Positions 47,192-59,130 of a DNA stretch of 64,000 nt are shown here, piece after piece. The stretch covers positions 96,001-160,000 of the forward strand of contig CAXXFF010000003.1 in the NCBI GenBank assembly GCA_963676835.2, written 5' to 3'. Position numbers and translations under genes: made by a program. The notes under the pieces are model-generated. The model had not been told where the DNA came from. It ran no database searches and worked only from the letters and a program-made list of their open reading frames with translations. The first letter of the stretch is position 1, and every line of letters starts with the position of its first letter. Source of the stretch: Marispirochaeta sp. GTDB lineage: Bacteria; Spirochaetota; Spirochaetia; JC444; Marispirochaetaceae.

Positions 47192-47225
47192 AAAGCGATC
47201 TGGTCTGTTCCAGATCGCTTTTTTT
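47192..47225 (+). terminator. Rho-independent terminator after tRNA-Gly
   Basis: GCGATCTGG-N6-CCAGATCGC followed by T7. Confidence 0.9.
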
Positions 47226-47307
47226 GTATTTATCCTTTTTTTGTATAACAGTGTATCCCGCGTTTGTGGGCGTCATATTATAGATGTCGGATCGAAGAGG
47301 TTTTAGG

Positions 47308-48657
47308 ATGGTAGCGAACAAGGAAATTGAACGGTTGGAGAAATCCGCAGTTAAACTTACTGTAACAGTAGAAAAAGAGGCAGTAAAGAAAGAATTTAAC
47401 CAGCTGGTTAACAAATACTGCAAATCCGCCCATATCAAGGGATTCCGTAAAGGCAAAGTGCCTGCGGCAATTCTTCTGCAGAAATACGGTGAAAGCATCC
47501 GCTATGAAACATCAATGAAGCTCATTGAGGACAGCCTTAAAGTGCTCTTTGATGAAATCGAAGAAAAACCCCTGGCCTACTCAACTCCCGAGCTTCAGGA
47601 CGAAGCCATTATTGAAGAAGATAAAGAATATACCTATGCGGTGAAATACGATATCTTCCCCGATGTAAAGGTTGGTGAGTACAAGGGACTTACTATTGAA
47701 GAACCGGAAGTAAAAATTGCCAAGAAAGATATTGATGCTGAACTTGAAAAGATTCAGGATCAGAACTCCGTAGTAATGGAAAAAGACGGTGCCGCCGCCA
47801 AAAATGACATTGTTACCGTTGACTACTGCGAACTTGACGAAGAGGGCAATGAAGTAGAAGGCGGCAAACGGGAAGACTTCGTCTTCACCATTGGCACAGG
47901 CTATAACATCTACAAGTTTGACGATGATATCATCGGCATGAAAAAAGACGACGAGAAGGTTATTGAAAAGAGCTTCCCTGAAGACTTTGAAAACAGTGAA
48001 CTTGCGGGCTCAAGCAAAAAAATCAAGGTGCTGGTAAAGGTAGTCAAGGAAAAACAGCTTCCCGCGCTGGATGACGAACTGGCACAGGATGTGAACGAGA
48101 AGTTTGAAACCCTAAAAGACCTCAAAGACGACATTAAAAAGCGTCTTAATGACAGCCTCGACCAGCGGCTCCGGGGTCTGAAAATCGAAGCGCTTCTTGA
48201 TCAGATTGCCGAAAAAACAGAAGTTGAAATCCCCGAGTCCATGGTAAGTGCCGAACTGGATAACTCCTGGCGGAACTTTATGATGCAGTCAAGAATGCCC
48301 GAAGAACAGCTTCTCCAGATTCTTGGAATGCAGGGTAAAGGCAAGGAAGATCTGCAGAACGAATGGCGTGAGGACGCGGTTAAATCCATTAAGCAGCAGC
48401 TTATCATCGGCAAGCTCATCGAAGATGAGAAAATTGAAGTCAGTGATGACGACTACGAGAAAGAGATTGCCGAACAGGCTGAACGCACCGGTATGAGCGT
48501 TGAAGAGACAAAGGAATACATTAAAAATCAGCAGATGGAAGAGTATTTACGCTCCGACTTGAGAAATAAAATACTCTTCGATACACTGATTGGATACTCC
48601 ACAGTGGAAAAGGGTAAAAAACAGTCTTATATAGACGTAATGAATAAAAATAATTAA
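47308..48657 (+). CDS. tig: Trigger factor
   Basis: IKGFRKGKVP signature, FKBP-like middle domain; upstream of clpP. Confidence 0.96.
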   Translation: MVANKEIERLEKSAVKLTVTVEKEAVKKEFNQLVNKYCKSAHIKGFRKGKVPAAILLQKYGESIRYETSMKLIEDSLKVLFDEIEEKPLAYSTPELQDEAIIEEDKEYTYAVKYDIFPDVKVGEYKGLTIEEPEVKIAKKDIDAELEKIQDQNSVVMEKDGAAAKNDIVTVDYCELDEEGNEVEGGKREDFVFTIGTGYNIYKFDDDIIGMKKDDEKVIEKSFPEDFENSELAGSSKKIKVLVKVVKEKQLPALDDELAQDVNEKFETLKDLKDDIKKRLNDSLDQRLRGLKIEALLDQIAEKTEVEIPESMVSAELDNSWRNFMMQSRMPEEQLLQILGMQGKGKEDLQNEWREDAVKSIKQQLIIGKLIEDEKIEVSDDDYEKEIAEQAERTGMSVEETKEYIKNQQMEEYLRSDLRNKILFDTLIGYSTVEKGKKQSYIDVMNKNN

Positions 48658-48710
48658 ATTGTGGGGATAAGCCGATCTTAGGCATAGAGAGCTAAAGGAT
48701 ATAGAGAGAT

Positions 48711-49328
48711 ATGATGAACGAACAGATGAACACCCTTGTCCCTATAGTCGTTGAACAGACCGGAGTGGGAGAACGATCCTACGATATCTTTTCCCGTCTT
48801 CTAAAAGACCGGATTGTCTTTATAGACGGAGAGATCAACGACATAAGCGCCGACCTCGCGGTTGCTCAGCTGCTCTTCCTGGAATCCCAGGATCCTGAGC
48901 GCGATATCAGTCTCTACATCAACAGCCCCGGCGGTTCTGTTACCGCCGGCCTCGCAATTTATGATACAATTCAGCACATCAAGGCCGATGTGCAGACAAT
49001 CTGTCTCGGACAGGCTGCGTCTATGGGTGCCGTTCTGCTTACCTGCGGAACCCCCGGCAAACGCTATGCACTTCCCTCCTCCAGGATACTGATTCACCAG
49101 CCCTGGGGAGGCGTACAGGGGCAGGCTACCGATATAGGTATTCAGGCCCGGGAGATTGTCCGTCTTAAACGTATGCTTATTGAATACTTCAGTCAGCACA
49201 CAGGAAAGGACGTCTCTGTAATAGAAAAAGATCTGGAACGGGATTATTTTATGTCCGCCGCTGAAGCTGTAGAGTACGGCCTGGTAGACAGTGTCCTCGT
49301 GAGAGGTGGAAATGGCAAAAACGCGTAA
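48711..49328 (+). CDS. clpP: Clp protease proteolytic subunit
   Basis: [30 protein letters not shown]. Confidence 0.98.
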   Translation: MMNEQMNTLVPIVVEQTGVGERSYDIFSRLLKDRIVFIDGEINDISADLAVAQLLFLESQDPERDISLYINSPGGSVTAGLAIYDTIQHIKADVQTICLGQAASMGAVLLTCGTPGKRYALPSSRILIHQPWGGVQGQATDIGIQAREIVRLKRMLIEYFSQHTGKDVSVIEKDLERDYFMSAAEAVEYGLVDSVLVRGGNGKNA

Positions 49329-50553
49329 TGATGGACTGAAAGTCTGCTCTTTCTGCGGAAAAAGCGCGGATATAGCCCGGCGTCTTATCGCCGGTCCCGG
49401 TGTTTTTATCTGTGATGAATGTGTTAACGTATGCAAGAAAATTCTCGACGAGGAAGAAGATGTTCTTACCAATGAGTTCATCGACGAAGTTCCCACCCCG
49501 AAAGAGATAAAAGAATACCTCGACAACTACGTAATAGGACAGGAAATGGCCAAAAAAGTTCTGTCCGTTGCGGTATACAACCACTATCGCCGTATTACCC
49601 ACAAGGGTATTATGGACGATGAGGTTGAACTGGAAAAGGCAAATGTACTTATAACCGGTCCCACCGGAACCGGAAAAACTCTGCTGGCAAAGACTCTGGC
49701 CCGCAAGCTTAAGGTACCGTTTGCCATTGCGGATGCCACAACCCTGACAGAAGCAGGCTACGTTGGAGAAGATGTGGAAAACATCCTTCTCAAGCTTATC
49801 CAGAATGCCGGCAATAATATAGCTGCCGCCGAACGGGGTATTATCTATATCGATGAAATCGATAAAATATCCAGAAAAGGCGAAAACGCTTCCATTACCC
49901 GGGATGTTTCCGGCGAAGGTGTACAGCAGGCTCTCCTCAAGATCATTGAAGGTACCGTTGCCTCCGTCCCTCCACAGGGCGGTCGAAAGCATCCCAACCA
50001 GGAAATGCTCAAGATTGATACAAGCAATATCCTTTTTATCTGCGGTGGTGCTTTTGTGGGACTTGATAAAATTATTGAGTCCAGAACAATGGAACATCCC
50101 ATGGGATTCGGCGCTGATGTCCGGGCTTCGGCCGAAAAGAATCTGGCTGACCTGTATCAGAAACTTCATCCGGATGATCTGGTAAAATTCGGACTTATCC
50201 CCGAGTTTATCGGGCGTCTGCCTATCGCAGTTAACCTTACCAATCTGGAAAAGGCAGATCTTACCCGCATAATCACTGAGCCGAAAAACTCCATCGTAAA
50301 ACAGTATCAGGCCCTGATGAAACTTGACGGAGTTGATCTTATATTTACCGATGAAGCCATCGAAAGTATTGCCCAGCAGGCCCTTGACCGGAAAACCGGT
50401 GCCCGTGGATTACGGTCTATTGTGGAAAATACCATGATGGAAATCATGTATGATATTCCTTCTATTGAAGGTGAGAAGAAAGTTATTATTACCGGGGATG
50501 TTATTCGTAACGGCGAAAAACCGGAAATTATTTTAGACAAAAAGAGCGCATGA
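49312..50553 (+). CDS. clpX: Clp protease ATP-binding subunit
   Basis: [43 protein letters not shown]. Confidence 0.98.
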   Translation: MAKTRNDGLKVCSFCGKSADIARRLIAGPGVFICDECVNVCKKILDEEEDVLTNEFIDEVPTPKEIKEYLDNYVIGQEMAKKVLSVAVYNHYRRITHKGIMDDEVELEKANVLITGPTGTGKTLLAKTLARKLKVPFAIADATTLTEAGYVGEDVENILLKLIQNAGNNIAAAERGIIYIDEIDKISRKGENASITRDVSGEGVQQALLKIIEGTVASVPPQGGRKHPNQEMLKIDTSNILFICGGAFVGLDKIIESRTMEHPMGFGADVRASAEKNLADLYQKLHPDDLVKFGLIPEFIGRLPIAVNLTNLEKADLTRIITEPKNSIVKQYQALMKLDGVDLIFTDEAIESIAQQALDRKTGARGLRSIVENTMMEIMYDIPSIEGEKKVIITGDVIRNGEKPEIILDKKSA

Positions 50554-52919
50554 AGCTGACAAAATTACCTATATTCTCTGCAAAGCAGGAGCTCCCTCTT
50601 ATACCAATGAGGGAGCTTGTTGTTTTCCCGCACATGGTTATACCTTTTTTTGCGGAAAAGGGCCCGAAAAACAAAGCCCTCGAAGCCGCCATGGCGGCGG
50701 ACCGGATGGTCTTTTTTGCCTATCAGAAAAACCTGAATGAACCGCCATCCATGGAGGATTTTTACGAAACCGGTACGGTTGCAAAGATTCTTCAAATGCT
50801 CAAACTGCCGGACGGTACGGTAAGGGTTCTTGCGGAAGGTAAAGGACGGGCAAAACTCAATAAGGTTATTGACCGCAAGGGCTTTATGGCCGCTGCTTTT
50901 AACCAGTATGATATTCCCCGGGAACTCAACCCTACCCTTACAGCCCTTATGAACACCGTAAAGGAATCCTTTGGGACTTATGGGACTATCAACAAAAAAA
51001 TCCCCAAGGAAGCCCAGGATGATATACGCAAGGCAGAATACCCGGAAAAACTGGTTGATCAGATCTGCGCTCACGTACCGCTGAGAATAGAGAAGAAGAT
51101 TGAAATACTCTCATCAATTAATCCCGAAGAGCGCCTGGAGCTTCTGGCAGTAGCCCTTGAAGGGGAAAATCAGGTTCTGCAGATTCAGAACAGAATTACC
51201 AGCAAAGTCAAAAAGAAAATGGAACGCAATCAGCGTGAATATTTTCTTAATGAACAGCTTAAGGAAATAAATAAAGAGCTGGGCAAGGAAGAAGGTGATG
51301 CTTCCGGTACCCGGGACCTTCTGAACCGCATAGAAGACCGGAATCCACCTAAAGAGGTGTTTGAAAAAGCTCAGAAAGAGATGGCCCGGCTGAATAAACT
51401 TCAGCCCATGTCTCCCGAATCCGGAGTACTGCGCACCTACCTTGAGTGGCTTGCAGACCTTCCCTGGAGCACCCATTCCGATGACAACAAAGACATAGAC
51501 GAAGCCGCCCGGATCCTTGATGAAGATCATTTTAATATGAAAAAGCCCAAGGAACGGATTCTTGATTTTATTGCCGTACGGCAGCTTAATCCCTGGCTGA
51601 AAGGGCCAATTCTCTGTTTTGTGGGCCCTCCCGGTACAGGTAAAACATCTCTGGGAAAATCAGTTGCCAGAGCCCTTAACCGTGAGTTTGTCCGGATATC
51701 CCTTGGCGGTGTCCGGGACGAAGCGGAAATTCGTGGTCACCGCAAAACATATGTCGGTGCCCTTCCGGGAAAAATTATTCAGGGAATGAAGCGGGCCAAT
51801 AATATTAACCCTGTTTTTCTCCTGGACGAGATAGACAAACTCAACTCGGATTTCCGTGGTGACCCTGCATCCGCCATGCTTGAGGTGCTCGATCCTGAGC
51901 AGAATAACTCCTTTGTGGATCATTATCTGGAGGTCCCCTACGATCTTTCAGAGGTAATGTTTATTACCACCGCAAACTCAACCCATTCCATTCCCTATCC
52001 TCTCCTGGACAGGATGGAGATTATAGAAGTTCCGGGATATTCGGACTATGAAAAGGTAGAGATTGCCAAACGCTTTATTCTTCCCAAGCAGCAGGAAGAA
52101 AACGGCCTTTCCTGGGCGGATGTAAAAATTCAGGATAAAGCCCTGATTGAAATAATAAACTCCTACACCATGGAATCCGGTGTGCGTAACCTGGAAAGAG
52201 AAATTGCCACAGTAATCCGCAAAACCGCAAGAGAGGCGGTTAAACAGGGCTTCACCGACGATGAAAAACGGGAGAGCGATAATTTCTCTGCTCAGATCAC
52301 CCCTAAAAAGGTGCAGGATTATCTCGGCCAGCCTAAATATCAGAAAAACCTCCTGCATAAGGAGCGGAAACCGGGGATTGCCCTTGGATTAGCCTGGACA
52401 GAGATGGGCGGAACCATGCTGCCCGTTGAAGTCGGGGTATTTGAAGGCGGCGGAGAATTAATCCTGACCGGAAGTCTCGGAGATGTTATGAAAGAGTCCG
52501 CCAGAGCTGCCCTCTCCTTTTTGCGGACCCATGCCGAAGAACTTGGACTGTCCAGTGATTTCAGTAAAAAGAAAGATATACATATTCATGTTCCGGAAGG
52601 AGCTATTCCAAAAGATGGTCCATCCGCTGGAATTACCCTGACATCAGCCATGCTGAGCGCTTTTACCGGAAACCTTATCCGTGAAGGTATTGCCATGACC
52701 GGAGAAATCACCCTTACCGGACTTATTCTGCCCATCGGAGGTGTAAAAGAGAAGGTACTTGCTGCATACCGTAATGATATGTCGGAAGTGTTGCTGCCTG
52801 AAGGCAACCGTAAGGATTCTCTGGATTTGCCGAAAGAAGTTACAGGCAAAATCAATCTGCGCTATGCATCTGGAATTCATGAGGCATTGAGCATTCTCTT
52901 CGAAGAGTATAACCTGTAA
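50550..52919 (+). CDS. lon: Lon protease
   Basis: [40 protein letters not shown]. Confidence 0.98.
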   Translation: MKLTKLPIFSAKQELPLIPMRELVVFPHMVIPFFAEKGPKNKALEAAMAADRMVFFAYQKNLNEPPSMEDFYETGTVAKILQMLKLPDGTVRVLAEGKGRAKLNKVIDRKGFMAAAFNQYDIPRELNPTLTALMNTVKESFGTYGTINKKIPKEAQDDIRKAEYPEKLVDQICAHVPLRIEKKIEILSSINPEERLELLAVALEGENQVLQIQNRITSKVKKKMERNQREYFLNEQLKEINKELGKEEGDASGTRDLLNRIEDRNPPKEVFEKAQKEMARLNKLQPMSPESGVLRTYLEWLADLPWSTHSDDNKDIDEAARILDEDHFNMKKPKERILDFIAVRQLNPWLKGPILCFVGPPGTGKTSLGKSVARALNREFVRISLGGVRDEAEIRGHRKTYVGALPGKIIQGMKRANNINPVFLLDEIDKLNSDFRGDPASAMLEVLDPEQNNSFVDHYLEVPYDLSEVMFITTANSTHSIPYPLLDRMEIIEVPGYSDYEKVEIAKRFILPKQQEENGLSWADVKIQDKALIEIINSYTMESGVRNLEREIATVIRKTAREAVKQGFTDDEKRESDNFSAQITPKKVQDYLGQPKYQKNLLHKERKPGIALGLAWTEMGGTMLPVEVGVFEGGGELILTGSLGDVMKESARAALSFLRTHAEELGLSSDFSKKKDIHIHVPEGAIPKDGPSAGITLTSAMLSAFTGNLIREGIAMTGEITLTGLILPIGGVKEKVLAAYRNDMSEVLLPEGNRKDSLDLPKEVTGKINLRYASGIHEALSILFEEYNL

Positions 52920-52989
52920 GAATAAGGTTTTACGCTTGATTTTAAACGAGACGGCTATATATAATGTGTAAAGAACAGGAGGTTCAATT

Positions 52990-53409
52990 GTGAAAATTCG
53001 AATCATTCCCGTAATCGCTGCATTACTGCTTATAGGATGCGCAGTATCACTTGCAGCCGATGAATCAGGATACTTCTTCAAAAGCATACCAATCACAAAG
53101 GTATACTCTCACCGGGATGGTTACCGTATCATCTACCGCCGCAGTAACATGCAGCTTGCAGAACTGTATCTGCCGGATAACTGGTTTCAGTTTGAAGAAG
53201 GACAGGGCATGCGGGGTAAAGCCGAGATAGTGATGGCCGACGATCCTTCATATCCATACATGTCTATTTTCTGGAAGGACGGAGCTTTTGACCATATCCG
53301 TGTGTATCTCCGGGAAAACAAGAATGATTTCACCTGGGGCAATCTCGATAATCCCGAAAACTACACTGACAAGTTCAATGTAGAAACTCTGGATAATATT
53401 CTTTTTTAA
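52990..53409 (+). CDS. Exported hypothetical protein
   Basis: SD AGGAGG, GTG start, signal peptide; promoter TTGATT-N18-TATAAT at 52936-52965. Confidence 0.75.
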   Translation: MKIRIIPVIAALLLIGCAVSLAADESGYFFKSIPITKVYSHRDGYRIIYRRSNMQLAELYLPDNWFQFEEGQGMRGKAEIVMADDPSYPYMSIFWKDGAFDHIRVYLRENKNDFTWGNLDNPENYTDKFNVETLDNILF

Positions 53410-53418
53410 ATCGTCCAC

Positions 53419-54582
53419 TTGAAACCCGAAATTGCTCAATTATGTGAAGCCGTCCGTCAGGAGGATATCGACGGATGGCTTTTTTACGGCTTTCAGCACC
53501 GTGACCCCATCTCAGACAGTCTTCTCGGCATTGATATAAGCTGTGTTAATACCCGGCGCTGGTTTTATATTCTTCTGCCGGAACCGTCACAATGCATTAA
53601 AATCTGCCATGCCATTGAATCTTCAATTCTCGATCATCTTCCTGGTAAAAAGACGGTTTATACCTCACAGTCAGATCTGAAGCATCACCTGCTGGAGCTT
53701 ACCGGCCTTACCCTTGCCGCCCAGGTTTCTTCCGACCTTCCGGCAATTTCCTTTCTGGATTGCGGAACAGCTGACCTTTTCAGAAGCGCCGGGGTTAAAC
53801 TCGCTTCATCCGCAGTTTTACTTCAGAAAACCTACGGGGTATTGGATGCCGCCGGAATCGATTCCCACAATCGTACAGCACTGCATCTCTATGAGATTGT
53901 GAGGCTTGTACATTTACGGCTAAAAGGTTCTTTTGCAGATAATACGAAAGTTTTTGAAGGTGATATTCAAAAACTTATTCTTGATGAGTTTTCAAGCAGA
54001 AACCTGGTAACCAATCATGATCCCATAGTTGCTGCAGGAAAAAACAGTTCAGACCCGCACTACTCTCCTGTTAATCAGGGCAGTGAAATAAAGCATGGCA
54101 AAATAGTGCAGATAGATCTCTGGGCCAAAGAACCTGACGGCATTTACGCTGATATTTCCTGGGTGTTTTATACCGGAAAAAAGGTTCCGTCATCAGCAGA
54201 GAAGGTATTCTCCCTTGTTTGCCGAGCCCGGGATCTTGCTGTTTCAGCTGCTGGATCCGGTCTTTCTGACGGAGGAATCTCCGGATTCTCTATAGACGAA
54301 AAGGTGAGATCCCTTATACAAAAGGAAAAACAGAACAAGTTTCAGCTTCTCCATCGCACCGGGCACGCTATAGATACAGAGGCTCACGGAAGCGGGGTTA
54401 ACCTGGACTCCGTCGAGTTTCCCGATCATCGCCCGCTGCTCCCTGGTTCCTGTTTTTCCGTTGAACCCGGCCTGTACGGGCCCTCTTTCGGAATGCGCAC
54501 GGAAATTAACTGCTATGTGGATCTCGAAGGCACAGTGCGTGTTTCCGGCGGTCCGGTCCAGACACAGATAGAAACCCTATAA
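53419..54582 (+). CDS. M24 family (Xaa-Pro) aminopeptidase
   Basis: DPHY, IDLW, YADIS, HRTGH, SVEPGLY, RTE. Confidence 0.9.
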   Translation: MKPEIAQLCEAVRQEDIDGWLFYGFQHRDPISDSLLGIDISCVNTRRWFYILLPEPSQCIKICHAIESSILDHLPGKKTVYTSQSDLKHHLLELTGLTLAAQVSSDLPAISFLDCGTADLFRSAGVKLASSAVLLQKTYGVLDAAGIDSHNRTALHLYEIVRLVHLRLKGSFADNTKVFEGDIQKLILDEFSSRNLVTNHDPIVAAGKNSSDPHYSPVNQGSEIKHGKIVQIDLWAKEPDGIYADISWVFYTGKKVPSSAEKVFSLVCRARDLAVSAAGSGLSDGGISGFSIDEKVRSLIQKEKQNKFQLLHRTGHAIDTEAHGSGVNLDSVEFPDHRPLLPGSCFSVEPGLYGPSFGMRTEINCYVDLEGTVRVSGGPVQTQIETL

Positions 54583-54620
54583 ACAGATCTCCTGTTTTTT
54601 ATTACCCACGGAGTTACACG

Positions 54621-55616
54621 GTGATACATGATTCTGAAAATAATCCCGAACAGTACTTACAGCCTAACCGGGAAATTCTCGATTTTCTTAAAGCCTATAA
54701 ACACTACATAGTTATCGGCCATTCAGAACCTGATGGAGATTGTCTGGGATCTCAAATAGGCATCGGAATGTTTCTCCAGTCCAGGGGAGCAGTCGTTACC
54801 CTCTTTTCTCCAGGCCCTTTCAGCCGCCCCGAAACTGCAGATCTTGCTCCGCTATTTTCAACTGAATGGCCTGAAGCAGCATCGGATACAGCTGTTCTTA
54901 TTATGGATTGTTCCACTCCCGACCGCATAGGCCCATTTAGCGAGAAACTTGATCTTTTTCCAGTGGGCGTTATTGATCATCATGCCTCCGGAAGCCATTT
55001 CGGAAAAGCACGATGGATAGAGCCTTCAGCAGCCTCGGTAACCCAGATGGTTCTTTCTATTATTCTGAACGAAAATGAGCTCCCTTCCCGGGAAAATGCA
55101 GAGCAGCTGTTCTTCGGTCTTGCAACCGATACAGGTTTTTTCAGGCATCTGGATGCCGGAGGAGCAGCAGCACTCGAAGCAGCAGCTGCCCTGGTTAAAG
55201 CCGGAGCATCCCCGAAGGCTGCTTTTGCCAGAATGTACGGGAATCGCCCCTTCAACTCGCGTATACTTTTAGGGAGGCTTCTCGGCCGCTGCCGTCAGCT
55301 TGCAGAAGGCAGGCTGATATACACCTGGGAAACCCTTGAAGACAGCGGGGAACTGGGAAAAGAAGCCCGCGACTCAGATGCCCTTTATCAGCTGATCCTT
55401 GGTACAAAAGGCTGTGTTGCTGCTGCGGTAATCCGGGAAGAAGCTCCTGGAGAACTCTCTGCAGGCCTGAGATCCATGTATGGCCTTGATGTGGGTAAAA
55501 TTGCCGCAGGTTTCGGCGGAGGCGGACATGCGAAGGCCTCAGGGTTCAGCTACAAGGGCAGCCGTGAAGAGCTTGAAAGGCTGCTGCTCCCGCAGCTTGA
55601 GAATGAACTGAAGTAA
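54621..55616 (+). CDS. DHH/DHHA1 phosphoesterase (NrnA-like)
   Basis: HSEPDGDCLGS, IDHH, TDTGFF, FGGGGH..ASG. Confidence 0.92.
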   Translation: MIHDSENNPEQYLQPNREILDFLKAYKHYIVIGHSEPDGDCLGSQIGIGMFLQSRGAVVTLFSPGPFSRPETADLAPLFSTEWPEAASDTAVLIMDCSTPDRIGPFSEKLDLFPVGVIDHHASGSHFGKARWIEPSAASVTQMVLSIILNENELPSRENAEQLFFGLATDTGFFRHLDAGGAAALEAAAALVKAGASPKAAFARMYGNRPFNSRILLGRLLGRCRQLAEGRLIYTWETLEDSGELGKEARDSDALYQLILGTKGCVAAAVIREEAPGELSAGLRSMYGLDVGKIAAGFGGGGHAKASGFSYKGSREELERLLLPQLENELK

Positions 55617-55699
55617 TGATTTTCCACCGGAAAATCTTGGTAATCAGCCAAATAATTAGTAATCTATAATACGTATCAAATTACCAGATTGGAGTATAT

Positions 55700-57094
55700 A
55701 TGGGCAAAACACTGCTCGATAAAGTATGGGATAAACATCTTGTACGCACCCTTCCCTCCGGACAGGATCAGCTTTTTATCGGCCTTCATCTTATTCATGA
55801 AGTAACATCCCCTCAGGCATTTGACATGCTGAGGTCCATGAACCTGCCGGTAAAATATCCTAAAAGAACCTTTGCCACAGTAGATCATATTGTTCCAACC
55901 AGTACCCAAAAGCGTCCCTTCGAAGATCAGCTTGCCGAGAAAATGATGCAGGAATTGGAAAAGAACACCAGAGAAAACGATATTCTGTTTTTTAATATTG
56001 ATTCCGGCAAGCAGGGGATTGTTCACACCGTGGGCCCCGAGAGAGGTCTCACCCAGCCGGGGATGACCATTGCCTGCGGAGATTCCCATACTTCCACCCA
56101 TGGAGCTTTCGGTTCCATTGCATTCGGTATAGGAACATCCCAGATACGGGATATTCTTGCTACCGGCACCATGGCTATATCCAAACCGAAGATTCGTCGT
56201 ATTCTTATTAACGGAACGCTCGGGAAAGGGGTATATGCCAAGGATATTATCCTGCGAATAATACGGGATCTTGGAGTTAAAGGCGGCCTTGGTCTTGCCT
56301 ATGAGTATGCCGGTTCTGCCATCGAGAAGCTTTCCATGGAAGAGCGGATGACTATCTGCAATATGAGCATAGAAGGCGGTGCCCGGTTTGGATATGTAAA
56401 TCCTGACCAGACAACCTTCGACTATATACGTGGTAGAGATTTTGCTCCTGCCGATTTTGACGAAGCTGTAAAAATATGGAAATCCTTCGCCACTGATGCG
56501 GATGCTGTATTCGACGATGAATATGTCATTGACGGAGACTCCATTGCTCCCATGGTCACCTGGGGGATCAACCCCGGACAGGCTCTTGAGGTTGACAGAA
56601 ATCTTCCGGAGATAGGCGAATTCCCGAAAGATGATCAGGAGACAGCCCGCCGTGCCTATGAGCATATGGACCTGAAACCAGGCACCCCCATTGCAGGCAC
56701 CCCCATCGATGTTGCCTTTATCGGGTCCTGCACCAACGGCAGGATCAGTGACCTGCGGGAAGCTGCAGCGGTGGTTAAGGATAAGAAAGTAGCATCATCC
56801 GTCCGGGGTATGGTAGTTCCCGGCTCCATGGCGATAGCCCGTCAGGCTGAAGCCGAAGGCCTGGACAGGATTTTCAGCGAAGCGGGGTTTCAGTGGCGTG
56901 GAGCCGGGTGCTCCATGTGTCTGGCCATGAATCCTGACAAACTTAAAGGAAGAGAAATCTCTGCAAGCTCATCAAACCGGAATTTTATCGGCCGTCAGGG
57001 CTCACCTACCGGAAGAACCCTGCTCATGAGTCCCGCCATGGTCGCCGCTGCCGCCGTAGCAGGCCATGTAACAGACATCCGGCAGAACGGATAA
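55700..57094 (+). CDS. leuC: 3-isopropylmalate dehydratase large subunit
   Basis: [51 protein letters not shown]. Confidence 0.97.
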   Translation: MGKTLLDKVWDKHLVRTLPSGQDQLFIGLHLIHEVTSPQAFDMLRSMNLPVKYPKRTFATVDHIVPTSTQKRPFEDQLAEKMMQELEKNTRENDILFFNIDSGKQGIVHTVGPERGLTQPGMTIACGDSHTSTHGAFGSIAFGIGTSQIRDILATGTMAISKPKIRRILINGTLGKGVYAKDIILRIIRDLGVKGGLGLAYEYAGSAIEKLSMEERMTICNMSIEGGARFGYVNPDQTTFDYIRGRDFAPADFDEAVKIWKSFATDADAVFDDEYVIDGDSIAPMVTWGINPGQALEVDRNLPEIGEFPKDDQETARRAYEHMDLKPGTPIAGTPIDVAFIGSCTNGRISDLREAAAVVKDKKVASSVRGMVVPGSMAIARQAEAEGLDRIFSEAGFQWRGAGCSMCLAMNPDKLKGREISASSSNRNFIGRQGSPTGRTLLMSPAMVAAAAVAGHVTDIRQNG

Positions 57095-57107
57095 GAAGGA
57101 GTTCAAA

Positions 57108-57707
57108 ATGGAAAAGATTGTAGAACGCACCGGCAAAGCACTGCCCATAGTCGGCAACGATATAGATACTGACAGAATTATTCCTGCGCGATACATGAAG
57201 AGTGTAACCTTTACCGGACTCGGAGCTTTTGCCTTTTATGATGAACGCTTCGACCACGATAAAGAACCGAAAATTCATCCAATGAATGCGGAGGAATATA
57301 ACGGTGCCTCTGTTCTTGTGGTAAACAAGAATTTCGGCTGCGGATCATCCAGAGAGCATGCTCCCCAGGCATTAAAAGATTACGGCATACGGGCCATAAT
57401 CGGAGAATCTTTTGCCGAAATCTTTGCCGGAAACTGTACTGCCCTTGGGATTCCTGCAGTGAGCGGAGCGGAGGCAGATATAGAAAAACTCCAGGGGCTG
57501 ATTGCTGAAAAACCTGAAACAAGGGTTGAGATTAACCTGGATAAAATGACTGTCACCGCCGGAGATTTTACCGCTGAAATAAGCATGCCCTCCTCCTACC
57601 AGAAGGCGATGCTTGACGGAAGCTGGGATTCTACCTCGCTGCTGCTTCAGGCAGAAAAGGATATCGAAAAAACAGAAACAGCGCTGCACTACTCTTTTGC
57701 AGACTGA
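57108..57707 (+). CDS. leuD: 3-isopropylmalate dehydratase small subunit
   Basis: DIDTDRIIPA, NFGCGSSREHAP, SFAEIF. Confidence 0.97.
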   Translation: MEKIVERTGKALPIVGNDIDTDRIIPARYMKSVTFTGLGAFAFYDERFDHDKEPKIHPMNAEEYNGASVLVVNKNFGCGSSREHAPQALKDYGIRAIIGESFAEIFAGNCTALGIPAVSGAEADIEKLQGLIAEKPETRVEINLDKMTVTAGDFTAEISMPSSYQKAMLDGSWDSTSLLLQAEKDIEKTETALHYSFAD

Positions 57708-57754
57708 TGCAGCCGCAGGCAGGGTACAGCAGCTCCCTGCCGCTGCATTGTATT
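57707..57754 (+). terminator. Bulged hairpin after leuD (possible terminator)
   Basis: ATGCAGC-cgca-GGCAGGG-N10-CCCTGCC-GCTGCAT, then a weak TGTATT tract. Confidence 0.5.
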
Positions 57755-57817
57755 GAGAGTACAATACAAGCATGGTTAATCGGAAAGACTAAGCCTGAAA
57801 GATAAACAAGGGAGAGC

Positions 57818-59095
57818 ATGAAACAGACCGGAAAAAGAAAGGTTATCAGCTGGGCCCTGTATGACTGGGCCAACAGTGCCTTTGCCACAACGGTAATGGC
57901 CGGATTTTTCCCGCTTTTCTTCGGCTCCTACTGGGCCGATCCTTCAGCACCTGAGGCAAGCACTTTTTATCTGGGATCTGCGGTCTCTATTGCCTCTATA
58001 ATAGTCGCGGTTACAGCTCCTCTGCTCGGTTCCATTGCCGACCGGGGGTCTGCCAAAAAGCGGATGCTCTCTGGCTTCGCCTGGCTTGGCATACTCTCCA
58101 CCGGTGGTCTCTGGTTTGTCAGTCAGGGAAACTGGCTGTTCGCTGCATTACTTTATGTGCTGGGTACCATAGGATTCTCGGGAGGCAATATTTTTTATGA
58201 TGCCCTCCTTGTAAGTGTGGCAGATAAAGATAAAGTTGATTTCGTCTCTTCTCTGGGCTTTTCCTTGGGTTATATAGGCGGAGGGCTTCTTTTTCTGGTG
58301 AATGTTATTATGTACACCAAACCGGAACTGTTCGGCATACCCGACGGAAGCACTGCAATACGAATAGCTTTTATCTCTGTGGCACTGTGGTGGGCGCTTT
58401 TTTCCATACCGGTTTTTCTTTTTGTTCCGGAACCTGTGACAGGTAGAGCTTCGGGAATTGCACAGGCAGTGCGGGAAGGGTTCAGCCAGCTTTCCAACAC
58501 CTTTATGCATATCCGCAAACTGAAAGTGCTTGGTCTGTTCCTTCTGGCCTACTGGTTTTACATAGACGGCGTAGACACCATTATAAGAATGTCCGTTAAA
58601 TACGGCAGTTCTCTGGGCTTTGACTCTTCAGCCCTCATTGTTGCCCTTCTGCTGGTTCAGTTTATAGCCTTCCCCGGAGCCCTGCTGTATAATTTTTTCG
58701 CCTCCCGGGCAGGGATAAAAACAGCCATATTAACCGCAATTGCCGCGTATGGCGGGATCTCGATTCTTGGATTTTTCATGCAGACCGAAGTCCATTTCTT
58801 TCTGCTTGCATCTCTGGTAGGACTTTTTCAGGGAGGGATTCAGGCCCTGAGCCGCTCATTTTATGCAAGACTCGTCCCGGTGAGCCGGGCAGGAGAGTTC
58901 TTCGGATTTTTCAATATGCTCGGCAAATTCGCCGCCGTACTTGGCCCTTTCCTGATGGGAGCTGTAACCCTTTTCAGCGGCAGCAGCCGCCTTGGGATTC
59001 TTTCCATAATTCTTCTGTTTATTGCAGGAGGTGTCCTCTTTTCAAAGGTTGATCTGGAAGCAGGAGAACGTATGGCAGCTGATTTTACCGATTAA
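57818..59095 (+). CDS. MFS transporter, UMF1/BtlA-like
   Basis: SWALYDWANSAF, LGSIAD, GYIGGG, QALSRS, GEFFGF; about 12 TM segments. Confidence 0.9.
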   Translation: MKQTGKRKVISWALYDWANSAFATTVMAGFFPLFFGSYWADPSAPEASTFYLGSAVSIASIIVAVTAPLLGSIADRGSAKKRMLSGFAWLGILSTGGLWFVSQGNWLFAALLYVLGTIGFSGGNIFYDALLVSVADKDKVDFVSSLGFSLGYIGGGLLFLVNVIMYTKPELFGIPDGSTAIRIAFISVALWWALFSIPVFLFVPEPVTGRASGIAQAVREGFSQLSNTFMHIRKLKVLGLFLLAYWFYIDGVDTIIRMSVKYGSSLGFDSSALIVALLLVQFIAFPGALLYNFFASRAGIKTAILTAIAAYGGISILGFFMQTEVHFFLLASLVGLFQGGIQALSRSFYARLVPVSRAGEFFGFFNMLGKFAAVLGPFLMGAVTLFSGSSRLGILSIILLFIAGGVLFSKVDLEAGERMAADFTD

Positions 59096-59130
59096 ACACT
59101 GCCGTATACGTTAAACCTTAACCTCAAACT

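Noticed and set aside
47000..47498. ORFs 47000-47248 (+) and 47052-47498 (-)
   Set aside because: They overlap tRNA-Leu, tRNA-Gly and tig; spurious translations
49249..50169. 306-aa antisense ORF over clpX
   Set aside because: Shadow ORF of a conserved gene
55676..56665. 329-aa antisense ORF over leuC
   Set aside because: Shadow ORF with no independent coding evidence
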